Below are positions 49,503-60,200 of a DNA stretch of 64,000 bases, piece by piece (within the stretch, counting starts at the first letter, position 1; every line of letters begins with the position of its first letter). This DNA comes from a virus. Where the stretch lies: the IMG/VR virus record IMGVR_UViG_3300007735_000784, positions 7,238-71,237 of that record; one strand, given 5' to 3'. The translations under genes and the position numbers were made by a program. A model generated the notes under the pieces. The model ran no database searches. It saw nothing but the letters and a program-made list of their open reading frames with translations, and was not told the DNA's origin.

Positions 49503-50300
49503 ATGGCAGTAACTAGAGCAAACCCATTAAAAGCATCAGGCACCGTTTCGGTTAGATATATCGTACAAAATATAAAGAACCGTAGGAAAGAGTATTCTGC
49601 AACAGATTATAAGCACATTGAGCAGCTTGTAATAGATGCTATTGGGTATTTGAATATATTTACCCTTGATACTATTGAAGTATCTTATATAGATGTGGAT
49701 TCAACCGGAGTGATTGAGTTGCCAGAGGACTATGTAGATTACACTAAAATTGGCGTTGTAGATAGAAATATGAAACTATGGACGCTAACCCTAGATAAAT
49801 CATTAGTAAGACTTCCAGTAGAAGAATGTGGATTGCCATTAGATAGAGTGCTTACCGGCCATGCGGATTTTAACCGTACCGCCTTTCCATACCCAACCAC
49901 AGGTTACTTCTGGTCCCCTCACTTTCATTATGGAAATTTCATAGATAACTATTATGGAATGGGGGGTGGATTTAACCGAGGCTATTACAATATTGATAGA
50001 GCAGGAAGAAGATTATTAACTAGAGGGCTTCCAGCAGGAACCACAGTTGTATTAGAATATAAGTCTAGCGGAGTTGGAGTAAGTGCTGGCACGTATGTTC
50101 CTAGACAAGCATTAGAGGCTATTATAGCTAAGGTGATGTGGGTGGAAACCGAGTATAGCGTTTTACCAGGAAATCCTCAGTATTGGGAAAAAAGATTTTA
50201 CGATGAAGAAAATATGTTAATTAACCTAGAGTACACAAGGACAATGCAAGAACACCTTGATTCTCTATATGCAGTTTGGACACAAGGACCTAAGAGATAA
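49503..50300 (+). CDS. Tail ring/adaptor protein
   Basis: ELPEDYVDYTKIG, VVLEYKS. Confidence 0.55.
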   Translation: MAVTRANPLKASGTVSVRYIVQNIKNRRKEYSATDYKHIEQLVIDAIGYLNIFTLDTIEVSYIDVDSTGVIELPEDYVDYTKIGVVDRNMKLWTLTLDKSLVRLPVEECGLPLDRVLTGHADFNRTAFPYPTTGYFWSPHFHYGNFIDNYYGMGGGFNRGYYNIDRAGRRLLTRGLPAGTTVVLEYKSSGVGVSAGTYVPRQALEAIIAKVMWVETEYSVLPGNPQYWEKRFYDEENMLINLEYTRTMQEHLDSLYAVWTQGPKR

Positions 50301-53300
50301 TGACAGCTAACCAACCGATAGACTTTAGAGGAACCGGACTTGACACAGATAGTGATATTCGTGCCATGCAACCAGGCGATTCAGATTCTCGCTTGAATTG
50401 CTATTACGACTCCTCAGATGAAAGTAATTGGGGTAATATCATTAACGTAAAAGGTAATTTAAGGCCAACGGATAATCCGGTATTGCCATCAGGGGTAAAC
50501 GAGGTGATAGGATCATGCGAAGATTTAGCTAATAGTGGCGTTATATATTTTATTTGGAACTCAGAGCAAAAACATCAAATAAGAAGATGGTTCTCAAAAA
50601 CCAATGCAGTACAAATAATATTAGAATCACCTGTACTTAATTTCAAAAGAGATTATCCTATTTACCATTCAAACGTAATAGGAGATATATTGACTTGGAC
50701 CGATGGCTACCAAAATCCAAGTAATGAAACAGATTATAATGGTCCACGATCAATAAGCATAAGTAAAAGTTTAGGCTATATGGCAGCATTGCCTTGGCCA
50801 TCAGGATATACCGCAATTACCCAACAAGTGTTAGATGCAATCCGATACCCACCGGTACTACAACCTGGGGCTTCATTGATGGATATACCTGGGGTTCAGA
50901 GTTTATTTGCAGGTAAGTATATGCAATTTTGCTATCAATACGTATATTTCGATAATAGTAAGTCAGTATTTTCTCCATTAACGGAGCTATTGGTTAGTCA
51001 AAATGAAGATGGAGATGGTAATTTTGTATATGATATTGACAACGCTGTAGATATTAACGTAAAAACAGGTCCCGAAATTGTAAGTAAAATTAACATTTGC
51101 GTTAAAGTAAATGGTAAATTCCATTACATTGTAGAAACTATTGAAAAATATGACGAAAGTGGGGCATTAAACCCAGGTATAGCTAATAATAGTAATTACA
51201 ATTATATTTACTTAGGAGATAAAATTATTAATGAAGTCGATCCGGCAGAGGTAAATAAGCCTTATGACTTTGTTCCGCAAACGGCAGCTTGTCAAGAAGT
51301 AGTTGAAGGAAACACTCTCGTTTATGCAAACGTAAGGGAGGGATATAAAACGCCAACTACCGACTTAGCAGCATCTTGCGAAATTATAAAAGCAACAAAC
51401 GATGCCCCAATATTTGACTCACTAGATTTTGGTAAAAACATTAACTACAGGTCATTATCATTTAAGAGAGGTGGCATATACCGACTAGGGATTATCTTTA
51501 GAGATTTTGGGGGTAGAACTTCATTTGTAAGCAGTTCTGATCTTTCACAGGTACAAATACCTTCATTATACGTAACTCCAGCAACACCTGGGGATGAATG
51601 GGAATTTTCTTTAAATCAAAAGCCAAAGATAACTTGGACGTTAACCGACAATACATTAATACCAGAATGGGCAGAGTCCTATGAAATAGTATGCACTAAA
51701 GATATAAGGGACTTAGAAAGAACGTTCTATTTTACCCAATGGGGGGCTTGCTTAGGGGATGAAGATGCAATCTATCAGAATGATAAGACAACGTTATTAA
51801 TCCCAAGCACAGTAGGGTATTCATATCAAAGCGGAGATAGGTTGCGTTTAGTTTCACAATATACAAGGGCATCAGAAATAACTAGCTCAGATTTAGGAGA
51901 AATCGTTGCCCCAACAGCACCAGGAGCATTTGGAAATGGGAGATATCCGCAAAAAAACATAGATACATATAATGTAGATGGCTCAAATGATATTATTTAT
52001 GATTTTGTAATTCAAAGTTTTAATGAGCAGACGGGAAGAATATCATTCTCAGGAGAGGTTACGGGAATTTTGCCAACCAATGCCTATGTATGGGAGATTT
52101 ATAACCCAACAAGAACAACTACTGAATCTGAAATATTTTATGGAGTAGGGCAATCTTATATAATAGAAAATGCTCGCCAACCAAATAGATCCTACTATCT
52201 TAGCCAAAACACTATTGATGGGATAGACATATTCCACAGGTGGAAGAAAATCGTATGGAAACCGCAAAGAGTTAAATTTAGGGTAAATCAAGTATGTATT
52301 CCCGTTAACCCTGGACCAGGTATTACGTGGCCAAGAAATACAAATGTTGCCTTAAATGGAATAGACCTATCAACAGTATTATTTTTACAATTCCCAAAAT
52401 CTGTTTCAACAGTAGCACCGCCTGTATTAAGCAATTTGGCCGATGCCAATACAAGTGCAAAAATAATTGGATTTAAGGATGAAAAATATGGTACATCATT
52501 AAATGGTAATTGGAGTTCGTTTAATATGTATTATGAGCCAGGGGTTTACCCTTTAAATCCATCCACCATGATAAACATATTATCTGGTAATATTTTAAAT
52601 CAAAATAGTTGGGCAGTATTAAGTACAATTTTCAATCCACACGATATAGTTCCCTTAGATGCTCTAGGCATAATTATAACAGCAGGGCAAACGCACGCTT
52701 TAATGGCTGCTTCCGATGATATGACGATTGAGTTTGATACTAACAATAATCCTGCATACGTTCCATTATTTACAATAGGTGGTGGACTTCCTGTTGATTT
52801 AGAATTATTGCAGAAGGAAACAGACCCATCATTTGACATTTATCTACTCTGTGAAGATCACTCACTATCTGATTTTTATGAATCAAATATGGATAGTGTT
52901 GGAAAACCATACGTAGAAAATATAAATGCAGAACGTAGACATTACATAGCAAAAATAAGAAACGGAGGCCGCTACTTTGACAATAGTTTTATTAATCAGC
53001 TATTTTCATTTGATTCAAAAGCGCAAGAGTCATTACAGAAAAGATTTAATGAAATTACCAGAATAAGAGAAGTGGGATTTACCCTAAAAGTGCATCAGAG
53101 AAACAAAATGACGGCTATTTATATAGGCAGGACAGAGATTTATGATTCACAAGGAGCAAGTCAACTATCCCTTACCGACAATATACTAGGAAGCAAAAAT
53201 CCGGCAGATGAATACTATGGTAGTTATTCGCCAGGTGCCGATGTGAAATCAATAAGAAACATCTACTTTGCCGACCTAACTAACGGTTGTATCGTAAGAG

Positions 53301-54046
53301 ATGCAGGAAATACACCTGTTTCCATATCAGGAAACAAAGAAACGGTAGCTGATCCATATAGAATGAGCAGATATTTTAGAAACCTGTTTAAATTCATAAG
53401 GGATAACGGAGATGAAAACTTTAAAATAAGAGCCATGTGGGATGAATACTCTGGCTGTTATTATTTTACTGTAAAAGACAATAGAAAAAGAGTTGATGGA
53501 CAGGAAGATATAAGTGTAACTTTGGCGTTTCACGAAGCAAGTAACAGGTGGAAATCATTTTGGTCATTTGTACCGGAGTGGTATGAGAGAAGCGGAACCA
53601 ATATGGTATCATTTAAGGACGGAGATATATGGGTACACTATACCAATGACGTTAGAAATAACTTCTACGGAAATCAATATACCACAAAACATAACGTAAT
53701 CTGCAACCTATCTTACAATACCATGAAGGTATTTAATAATATAGATGTGGATTCAAATAAGGCATGGGAGGCCACTAATGTTAGCGTTGCCCCAAATGCC
53801 ATATATCCACAAGGAATGAGATCAAGAATAAAGAAAGGCAAGTTTGTAAACAAGGAAGGAAAGTTCCATGCAGCCTTTATGAGAGATATGCTAACACCTG
53901 GGATAAACAACCAATCACTAGCATTAGTAAACGGTAGAGCATTAAGAGGAGAGGCTGTAACAGTAACATTAGAGAATGATGATACGAGCTTGGTATGGAC
54001 AAGGCAAGTAATAATTTACGTTACCCCTAGTGAACTAACAAGTTAA
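50300..54046 (+). CDS. Tail stabilisation/nozzle protein (P22 gp10/crAss muzzle-like)
   Basis: 1248 aa, GLDTDSD...N...G.I.NVKGN N-terminus, NRWKSFWSFVPE and NNFYG C-terminus. Confidence 0.65.
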   Translation: MTANQPIDFRGTGLDTDSDIRAMQPGDSDSRLNCYYDSSDESNWGNIINVKGNLRPTDNPVLPSGVNEVIGSCEDLANSGVIYFIWNSEQKHQIRRWFSKTNAVQIILESPVLNFKRDYPIYHSNVIGDILTWTDGYQNPSNETDYNGPRSISISKSLGYMAALPWPSGYTAITQQVLDAIRYPPVLQPGASLMDIPGVQSLFAGKYMQFCYQYVYFDNSKSVFSPLTELLVSQNEDGDGNFVYDIDNAVDINVKTGPEIVSKINICVKVNGKFHYIVETIEKYDESGALNPGIANNSNYNYIYLGDKIINEVDPAEVNKPYDFVPQTAACQEVVEGNTLVYANVREGYKTPTTDLAASCEIIKATNDAPIFDSLDFGKNINYRSLSFKRGGIYRLGIIFRDFGGRTSFVSSSDLSQVQIPSLYVTPATPGDEWEFSLNQKPKITWTLTDNTLIPEWAESYEIVCTKDIRDLERTFYFTQWGACLGDEDAIYQNDKTTLLIPSTVGYSYQSGDRLRLVSQYTRASEITSSDLGEIVAPTAPGAFGNGRYPQKNIDTYNVDGSNDIIYDFVIQSFNEQTGRISFSGEVTGILPTNAYVWEIYNPTRTTTESEIFYGVGQSYIIENARQPNRSYYLSQNTIDGIDIFHRWKKIVWKPQRVKFRVNQVCIPVNPGPGITWPRNTNVALNGIDLSTVLFLQFPKSVSTVAPPVLSNLADANTSAKIIGFKDEKYGTSLNGNWSSFNMYYEPGVYPLNPSTMINILSGNILNQNSWAVLSTIFNPHDIVPLDALGIIITAGQTHALMAASDDMTIEFDTNNNPAYVPLFTIGGGLPVDLELLQKETDPSFDIYLLCEDHSLSDFYESNMDSVGKPYVENINAERRHYIAKIRNGGRYFDNSFINQLFSFDSKAQESLQKRFNEITRIREVGFTLKVHQRNKMTAIYIGRTEIYDSQGASQLSLTDNILGSKNPADEYYGSYSPGADVKSIRNIYFADLTNGCIVRDAGNTPVSISGNKETVADPYRMSRYFRNLFKFIRDNGDENFKIRAMWDEYSGCYYFTVKDNRKRVDGQEDISVTLAFHEASNRWKSFWSFVPEWYERSGTNMVSFKDGDIWVHYTNDVRNNFYGNQYTTKHNVICNLSYNTMKVFNNIDVDSNKAWEATNVSVAPNAIYPQGMRSRIKKGKFVNKEGKFHAAFMRDMLTPGINNQSLALVNGRALRGEAVTVTLENDDTSLVWTRQVIIYVTPSELTS

Positions 54047-54074
54047 TTTAATATATTTGTAAAAATAATTCAAT

Positions 54075-54923
54075 ATGCCAACAGGAGCAATTACAGGAGC
54101 AACAGCAGGATACCAAGCAGGAACTCAGGGCATGAATCAAGCGATGTCAGGATTATCCGGTATTAGTGGTATGCTTCCATTTATAGGCCCAATGGTTCAA
54201 GGAGGTATAGGTTTATTTCAAGGACTAAGTAATTTATTTGCTCCTAAAGCTGAGAGGCCAGTACAGGAAGTACCGGAATCAATGCGACAAGCAACAGCCA
54301 ATGCAGAGAGGTTAGCATCCATGAAAGAAATGCCAGGTTACGCTAATTTAGTGGGGCAAATAGATACATCAGTAGGTACCGGTTTAAATACATTAAAAGA
54401 ATCCCAAGGGGGTAATGCAGATATAGCACAGTCGGTAGCTGATTTAGTTGGTAAGAAAAATGAGGCTTTAATTGGGTTAGGAACGCAAAACGCAAACTTT
54501 AATATGGGTGCTAATCAAGCCTTACAAGCACAATTAAACGCCCAAGCCCAACAAGAGCAAGCGGCCTTTGATTATAACGAGAAAGACCTATACGATAGTG
54601 AAGCAGCAGCAGAATCAGCAATGACACAAGCTAGTACAAGTAATTTATTTAATGCAGCTAACACCGCAGCCGGAGTAGGAGCATATAATAATTTAGCCAA
54701 AATGTACGGGCAACAGAATAATACTTATAACCCATTTGGAAACTTACTAGGACAAGCAAATAACCAATCAGCTAACAATGGCGTTTCAAATACATCACAA
54801 GGAAACACATTTAATCCAAATTCAACCTTTCAAGGAGGGCGATTTGGAGGATTCAATATACCAGGAATGTTTACTGGCCAATATGGTGTAATGCCAACTT
54901 TTAACATTCCAAAATTATTTTAA
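54075..54923 (+). CDS. Putative internal virion/ejection protein
   Basis: Gly/Ala/Gln-rich; promoter TATATTTG 54052-54059. Confidence 0.5.
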   Translation: MPTGAITGATAGYQAGTQGMNQAMSGLSGISGMLPFIGPMVQGGIGLFQGLSNLFAPKAERPVQEVPESMRQATANAERLASMKEMPGYANLVGQIDTSVGTGLNTLKESQGGNADIAQSVADLVGKKNEALIGLGTQNANFNMGANQALQAQLNAQAQQEQAAFDYNEKDLYDSEAAAESAMTQASTSNLFNAANTAAGVGAYNNLAKMYGQQNNTYNPFGNLLGQANNQSANNGVSNTSQGNTFNPNSTFQGGRFGGFNIPGMFTGQYGVMPTFNIPKLF

Positions 54924-54927
54924 ATAG

Positions 54928-56727
54928 ATGGCTGGAGCAAATGAAGTATTCTTAAAGCAAGCCGGAACGGGAGCCGCATGGATGGGTCCCCAAAGCTCTT
55001 TTGACCCTGTATTATTTGCAAGGGAAGCCGCTTATGCTAAAATTGGAGCAGAGCAAGGGAAGAAAGATGAGGAGAATAAGGCAAAAGCAGCGTTTCTAAA
55101 AGGACTAAAAATAAACCCAGAGCAGATATTAGCTAATGATGCAATGGAGGGGCAGCAGAGAGAATTGACTAACCTCGATAATTATTTAGCTAAAATAATA
55201 AATACTAATGTAGGTTGGACACCCGAAATTCAGCAAAAAGCACAATATGAGGTTAGCCAGGTAGAAAACCTAATTAAAACATGGAAAGCCCAAGAGCAAG
55301 AGTTTTTGAAATTTCGTGAATTACAGAAGGATCAAAACCTATTACCGGAGGATATGAGTAAAAATGGAGAAATGTGGTATGCTCCAGAACTTCATTTAGA
55401 CGATCCAGAATTTCAGCCTTATAGACAGGAATTTGAAGATATACTAGAAAATGTTACTTCTACATCACCGAGGTATAAAGATGACCCCGTAGCCGCAACA
55501 ACCAAGGCTAGAACAATATTTAGAGATAGACACAGGGAGTTTTTAAATCCTATCCAAAAACCAAAAGATATTGCTGTTTTATGGAATGGAGTAAGAGATT
55601 TAGTTACCAATAATATTAAACAAGTAACTGGATCTGACTATAATACTAAGACAGATGAATACGCTGATTGGGATAATGATGTAGAAATAACATTAAATAA
55701 TGGCGAGAAGAAAACAATTAAGTCTATAAAATCTAATGCAATAAATTATTATAATGGATCTCCCGATGCGCAATATTCAGCACAATATGGTTTAAGTAAA
55801 CAGCCACAAGAGATTAAAGATAAGTATGCTAATTCTACAAATCCAGGGTTAGATTATTTCTTAGATCAAGTTAGGGGGTATAACCAAGACGTTATCACAA
55901 GCAATGCAACAAAAACGCCTGGTGGCGGAAATTCTATAAATTTTGGTGGCTATAGTACAACATCAGATTGGACTCCAACACCATTGTCATCTACAATTAC
56001 AACAACCAGGGATGCTGCTAATAATATTTATGGGGAAACAGATATTGATGGATTTAGTGTTAATAAGGGCGAAAATCAATTAAACTTAGATAAAGTTGTT
56101 ACGGCACCAATATATTATAAGTCTAATGACGCTACTCAAAACGCAGTTCCTTCAAATGCCACAAGTATAACACTTGCAGGGGTAAAACCATTTATGGCTC
56201 CTACATTTAGCGAAGATATTACATGGACTGATTTTGAGAAGGAATTAAGAAAAATCGAATATGATACCCCAATTAAAAAGAAAACAGGTGAAATTATAGA
56301 TAATGCCTATGAGGATTTTTTGTATGATTTTGGTAAAAGATATGCAAATGCTAAAAAAGAGGGCAAAATGGGTGGCATAATTTTAACTAAGGGGGAGCAG
56401 AAATTCTTAAAGAAAATTGGATTACAGAAATATATCGTTGGAGGCAAATTCGTGTCAGGAGAAATGTCTTGGACCGAAACCAATGAGGATGGCGACCAAA
56501 TTTTAAAGAAAGAACCAGCCGCAATAATTCCTTTATCTTATGTAAATACTGATATACAGTCAGTTACAAATATTGATTTTAACAAAGCACTTAATAAATA
56601 TAAGGAAAAGTATAATGGCAATGTAACTGATTTTGAATATTTAAAGCCACAAGAAGATAAAACCAATACCAAAGGTTCAAATACAGATAAAAAGAACCCA
56701 AGCGTTGACGAAGCAATAAATTATTAA
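54928..56727 (+). CDS. Putative internal virion protein
   Basis: 599 aa after the tail genes. Confidence 0.45.
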   Translation: MAGANEVFLKQAGTGAAWMGPQSSFDPVLFAREAAYAKIGAEQGKKDEENKAKAAFLKGLKINPEQILANDAMEGQQRELTNLDNYLAKIINTNVGWTPEIQQKAQYEVSQVENLIKTWKAQEQEFLKFRELQKDQNLLPEDMSKNGEMWYAPELHLDDPEFQPYRQEFEDILENVTSTSPRYKDDPVAATTKARTIFRDRHREFLNPIQKPKDIAVLWNGVRDLVTNNIKQVTGSDYNTKTDEYADWDNDVEITLNNGEKKTIKSIKSNAINYYNGSPDAQYSAQYGLSKQPQEIKDKYANSTNPGLDYFLDQVRGYNQDVITSNATKTPGGGNSINFGGYSTTSDWTPTPLSSTITTTRDAANNIYGETDIDGFSVNKGENQLNLDKVVTAPIYYKSNDATQNAVPSNATSITLAGVKPFMAPTFSEDITWTDFEKELRKIEYDTPIKKKTGEIIDNAYEDFLYDFGKRYANAKKEGKMGGIILTKGEQKFLKKIGLQKYIVGGKFVSGEMSWTETNEDGDQILKKEPAAIIPLSYVNTDIQSVTNIDFNKALNKYKEKYNGNVTDFEYLKPQEDKTNTKGSNTDKKNPSVDEAINY

Positions 56728-56781
56728 ATATTTGAAACTTTTGCCTAAAGTTGGCGTTTAATAAGGTAAATACACCACTAT

Positions 56782-57174
56782 ATGAGAACTATCTTAATAA
56801 CACTACTTACAGCAATCACACTTGGATACGGTCAATTAATTGACACTTGTAAAATATGCCCTAGTAATAGTTGGTACTATGATTTAGAGTATGCAGATGA
56901 TACACACGCATATATTGATACTGCTACCAATAACACCTATGGATGTAAATACATTATTATTGACGGCCAAAGATTTAAAGCAGATTCTATTGTTGTTATC
57001 TATTATACTAAAATTAGTGTTTTTGTAGAAGGAAGGGAGTATATAGTACCTAATCCAGAGGAATCTCAATTTGTTTGGATTACTGCTATTCAAATCCAAT
57101 GTAAATACCCTCCGTATGATCTTCGTGATAGAATATACAGAAATAGCGCAAATGTGTCATTCTATTTCGATTAA
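56782..57174 (+). CDS. Secreted protein with signal peptide
   Basis: MRTILITLLTAITLGYGQ signal peptide (Gln at +1, typical of Bacteroidota). Confidence 0.55.
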   Translation: MRTILITLLTAITLGYGQLIDTCKICPSNSWYYDLEYADDTHAYIDTATNNTYGCKYIIIDGQRFKADSIVVIYYTKISVFVEGREYIVPNPEESQFVWITAIQIQCKYPPYDLRDRIYRNSANVSFYFD

Positions 57175-57213
57175 TGCCTATATTTTTTATATATTTGCTT
57201 AAAATAAATAAAA

Positions 57214-60200
57214 ATGAAGCCAGTTCCAATATCTAATAAAATTGCTAATCAATGGAATGAATTTCTTGATTATTTCAATGAAAAGGCTTACAATATATTA
57301 CCCAAAAACGGAGATAAGCCTAAATGGGAATTGCTTGATACAAACCAAGGATGGGATAATTTAGGTTATAGTGGAGCCGAAGACTTCTATCAAAAAACAT
57401 TAAATGAATTTAAAAATCAAAAAGGATATACGGCTGCTGATGATTTAACTTTAGAGCATATCCCTGTAATACAAAAACATTTTGACGAATTAGCTAATAC
57501 GGTTCAAAGTGATCCCGAATATTTTAATAACATAATGCTTCCAATGTTGAGGAATGTATCAAATTCCGGTGATAGAAAAATGGAAGTTATATATAATCCA
57601 GAGGATATGGGGTTGTATAATTCATCTACTAACCAAGTTAATACATCTTTTGCTTCATCTGGAAATGTCAATCCGACAGGATGGGTTGGTAGTAAATCAA
57701 GATTAATGCGATTACCTTTTAAGGATTTATTAAATTCGGCTAAGTCAGATAAAGATGTTACTCCAATTAGTAAAGGCCAATTTGTTCCAGCCTCATTTAA
57801 TCAAGGTGAGCCATTTTATAAGAAGGCTAAATTTGGTGTAATTAATACAATGGAGTATGGTGGTAAATTAGAAGATGGTGGCAAGTTGGGTAGTGCAGAG
57901 CAAATACAGGCTACTAAAAAAATATTATTACAAAACAAGGATAAGGAATTTGTTAAAAGAATTTTTGATCCTAACACAATGGCTCCTGCTAATTTAGGCG
58001 GTGGAGAGTTTGGAACACATTTAATGGAATACGCTTCTGACGATCAGGGCCATTTAGTTTATCCAAGAATAGTTAATATTAATGGTAAATTGACAGAGCT
58101 GTCTAGTGATGATGCCTATAATCACGCTATAAAAACTGGCGAATTTATTAGAACCCCAGATAAAAATATTGCAGCGTATATATCTACAAATGGATATAAA
58201 GAGGCGGCTGGTTGGAATAAAGGTACTTTTGAAGAAGGTGGCGAATTAGAAGAAGAAGTAGAGGTAACAGGAGAAGGTGAATTAGAGGAAGTATCAGAAG
58301 AAATATCAAAGGCAAAAGGACCAGGCCATGAAAAAGGAGGCATAGACCTTAATACCGGAGATGAGATTAGAGGGGACGAAACGGTGAACGTAAAGAAGGG
58401 AATGGTATTCTCTGCATCCCTTATAAACCCCGAAACAAATAACCCATTTGCTAAAGACCATGAAGCATTAGCAAAACAAATGAAGGAAGTAGAAGGCAGA
58501 ACAGAAAAATGGGCAGTAAAGAAACTTAGCGTTTTAAAAGAAAAAGAACACGAACTTTTTGAAAAGCAACAAACCCTTAACGGAAACAACGGAGAAGATG
58601 AAGAAGAAGGCGAAGAAATGGAAGATGGAGGATTAACAGACGGAGATCCACCGGCAAAGGCAAAAAGCAAAGTGCCACAGATACGGTATTTCGTAGCTAA
58701 CGAAAAAACCTATGCCGTAAATCCTAAGAAATACGACCAATTTATAAAGGAGTTTCCCGAAGCGAAGGAATATGAGAAACTATCAGACAACACCCTTGTA
58801 GAAGCTACCTCCCCCCTTGCAAAAGCAGGGCAAAAAAAAAATGAGCCTCTTAGTAAAGCGGCAACCACTACCAAAACTACAACTCAGCCCACCGATGGAT
58901 TCAAGGCCGATTGGAACATAGTAAAAGACTTATTACCACAGGAAAAAGTTGATATTGTCCAAACGCAGGAAGTCCCAGATCAATTAGGTGGATTAGATAT
59001 TCAAGAACATAAAGACTTATACAAAGAGGTAATCCCATTAGTAGAAAAAATAGGGGCCAATAAATTTATTGAACCATTAATCGGTGAGCAGCAGAAAGAA
59101 CTTATTGGTACCCAAAATCCATTTTCTAAAATAACTACATTTGGCGTTTTCAATGATATAATTAAGGATCAAATAAGAGCAAACTATGATCCCGAAACGC
59201 AAAAGTTAGTTGACCAATACGGCCCCGAATACGAAAGAATATTCCAGGGAGCAGCTAGAATAATCCGAGATGAAGAAAATTCATTTGTTGGAAAAAAAAT
59301 ACTAGAGGAATTATATAAGCAGGAACAAGGAATATTACAATATGAGAAGAGTCGAGCAAATGAAGGCGAAAATGTAGGTACTATTATACCGGCAAACGTT
59401 GAAACCTCAAAAGGATTTGATTATTCATTTGAAGATTTAGTTTCCAAATTTAAGGGAATAAAGCTAACTGATGAGAAGGGAAAGGTTATTGATACAAATA
59501 ACATCACCCCATCTCAATTAAAGGAAATAGAGGCTTACGTAAAGAATAGCTACCAAACCTTTAGGAATCTAAAGATTGAGGGAGATAACCTTAATAAGAC
59601 AGTAGAGGCAATCGCCAACGGTAAAAATGAGTTTATGACCGGCCAATACGATGAGAATGGATTGTATGTTGGTGAGAAAATGGTTAAGGTGGATGAGAAT
59701 AATCCATTATACGCACAGGCTAAGGATGCTATAGACCAAGGAATTATCCCAAAAGATAGTGATTTTTGGAAAGGATTTTTAGATAAATCCAATAACGTAA
59801 ATCAAAAATACACAAAGATTTATAGCGACCTGCAAACAACTATTGACATAGATACGAAAGCCTCAAAGTTGGCGTTGCAAAAAGAAGATGCAGAATTTAC
59901 AAACTCTGCAATCCCACGATTAGAACAAGCACAAGCCGACATACAGAATAAGATAGATAAAGGTGAAATTTCATTTGAAGCCGGATCACTATTATTAGAG
60001 CAAACTGAATCAGCAATAAATCAACAAAGAACACAGATCTACGATAAGTGGAGTAAGAAGATAAATGCCAATATCCAACAGCAAATGAAGTTGGTTAACG
60101 AATCCTATAACAAAGAATTAAAGGATATGTTTACCAATAGTGTATATGAAGGATTAGATATAAGCAAGGTAGACGAACAATATATAAACAAGAGTTTACA

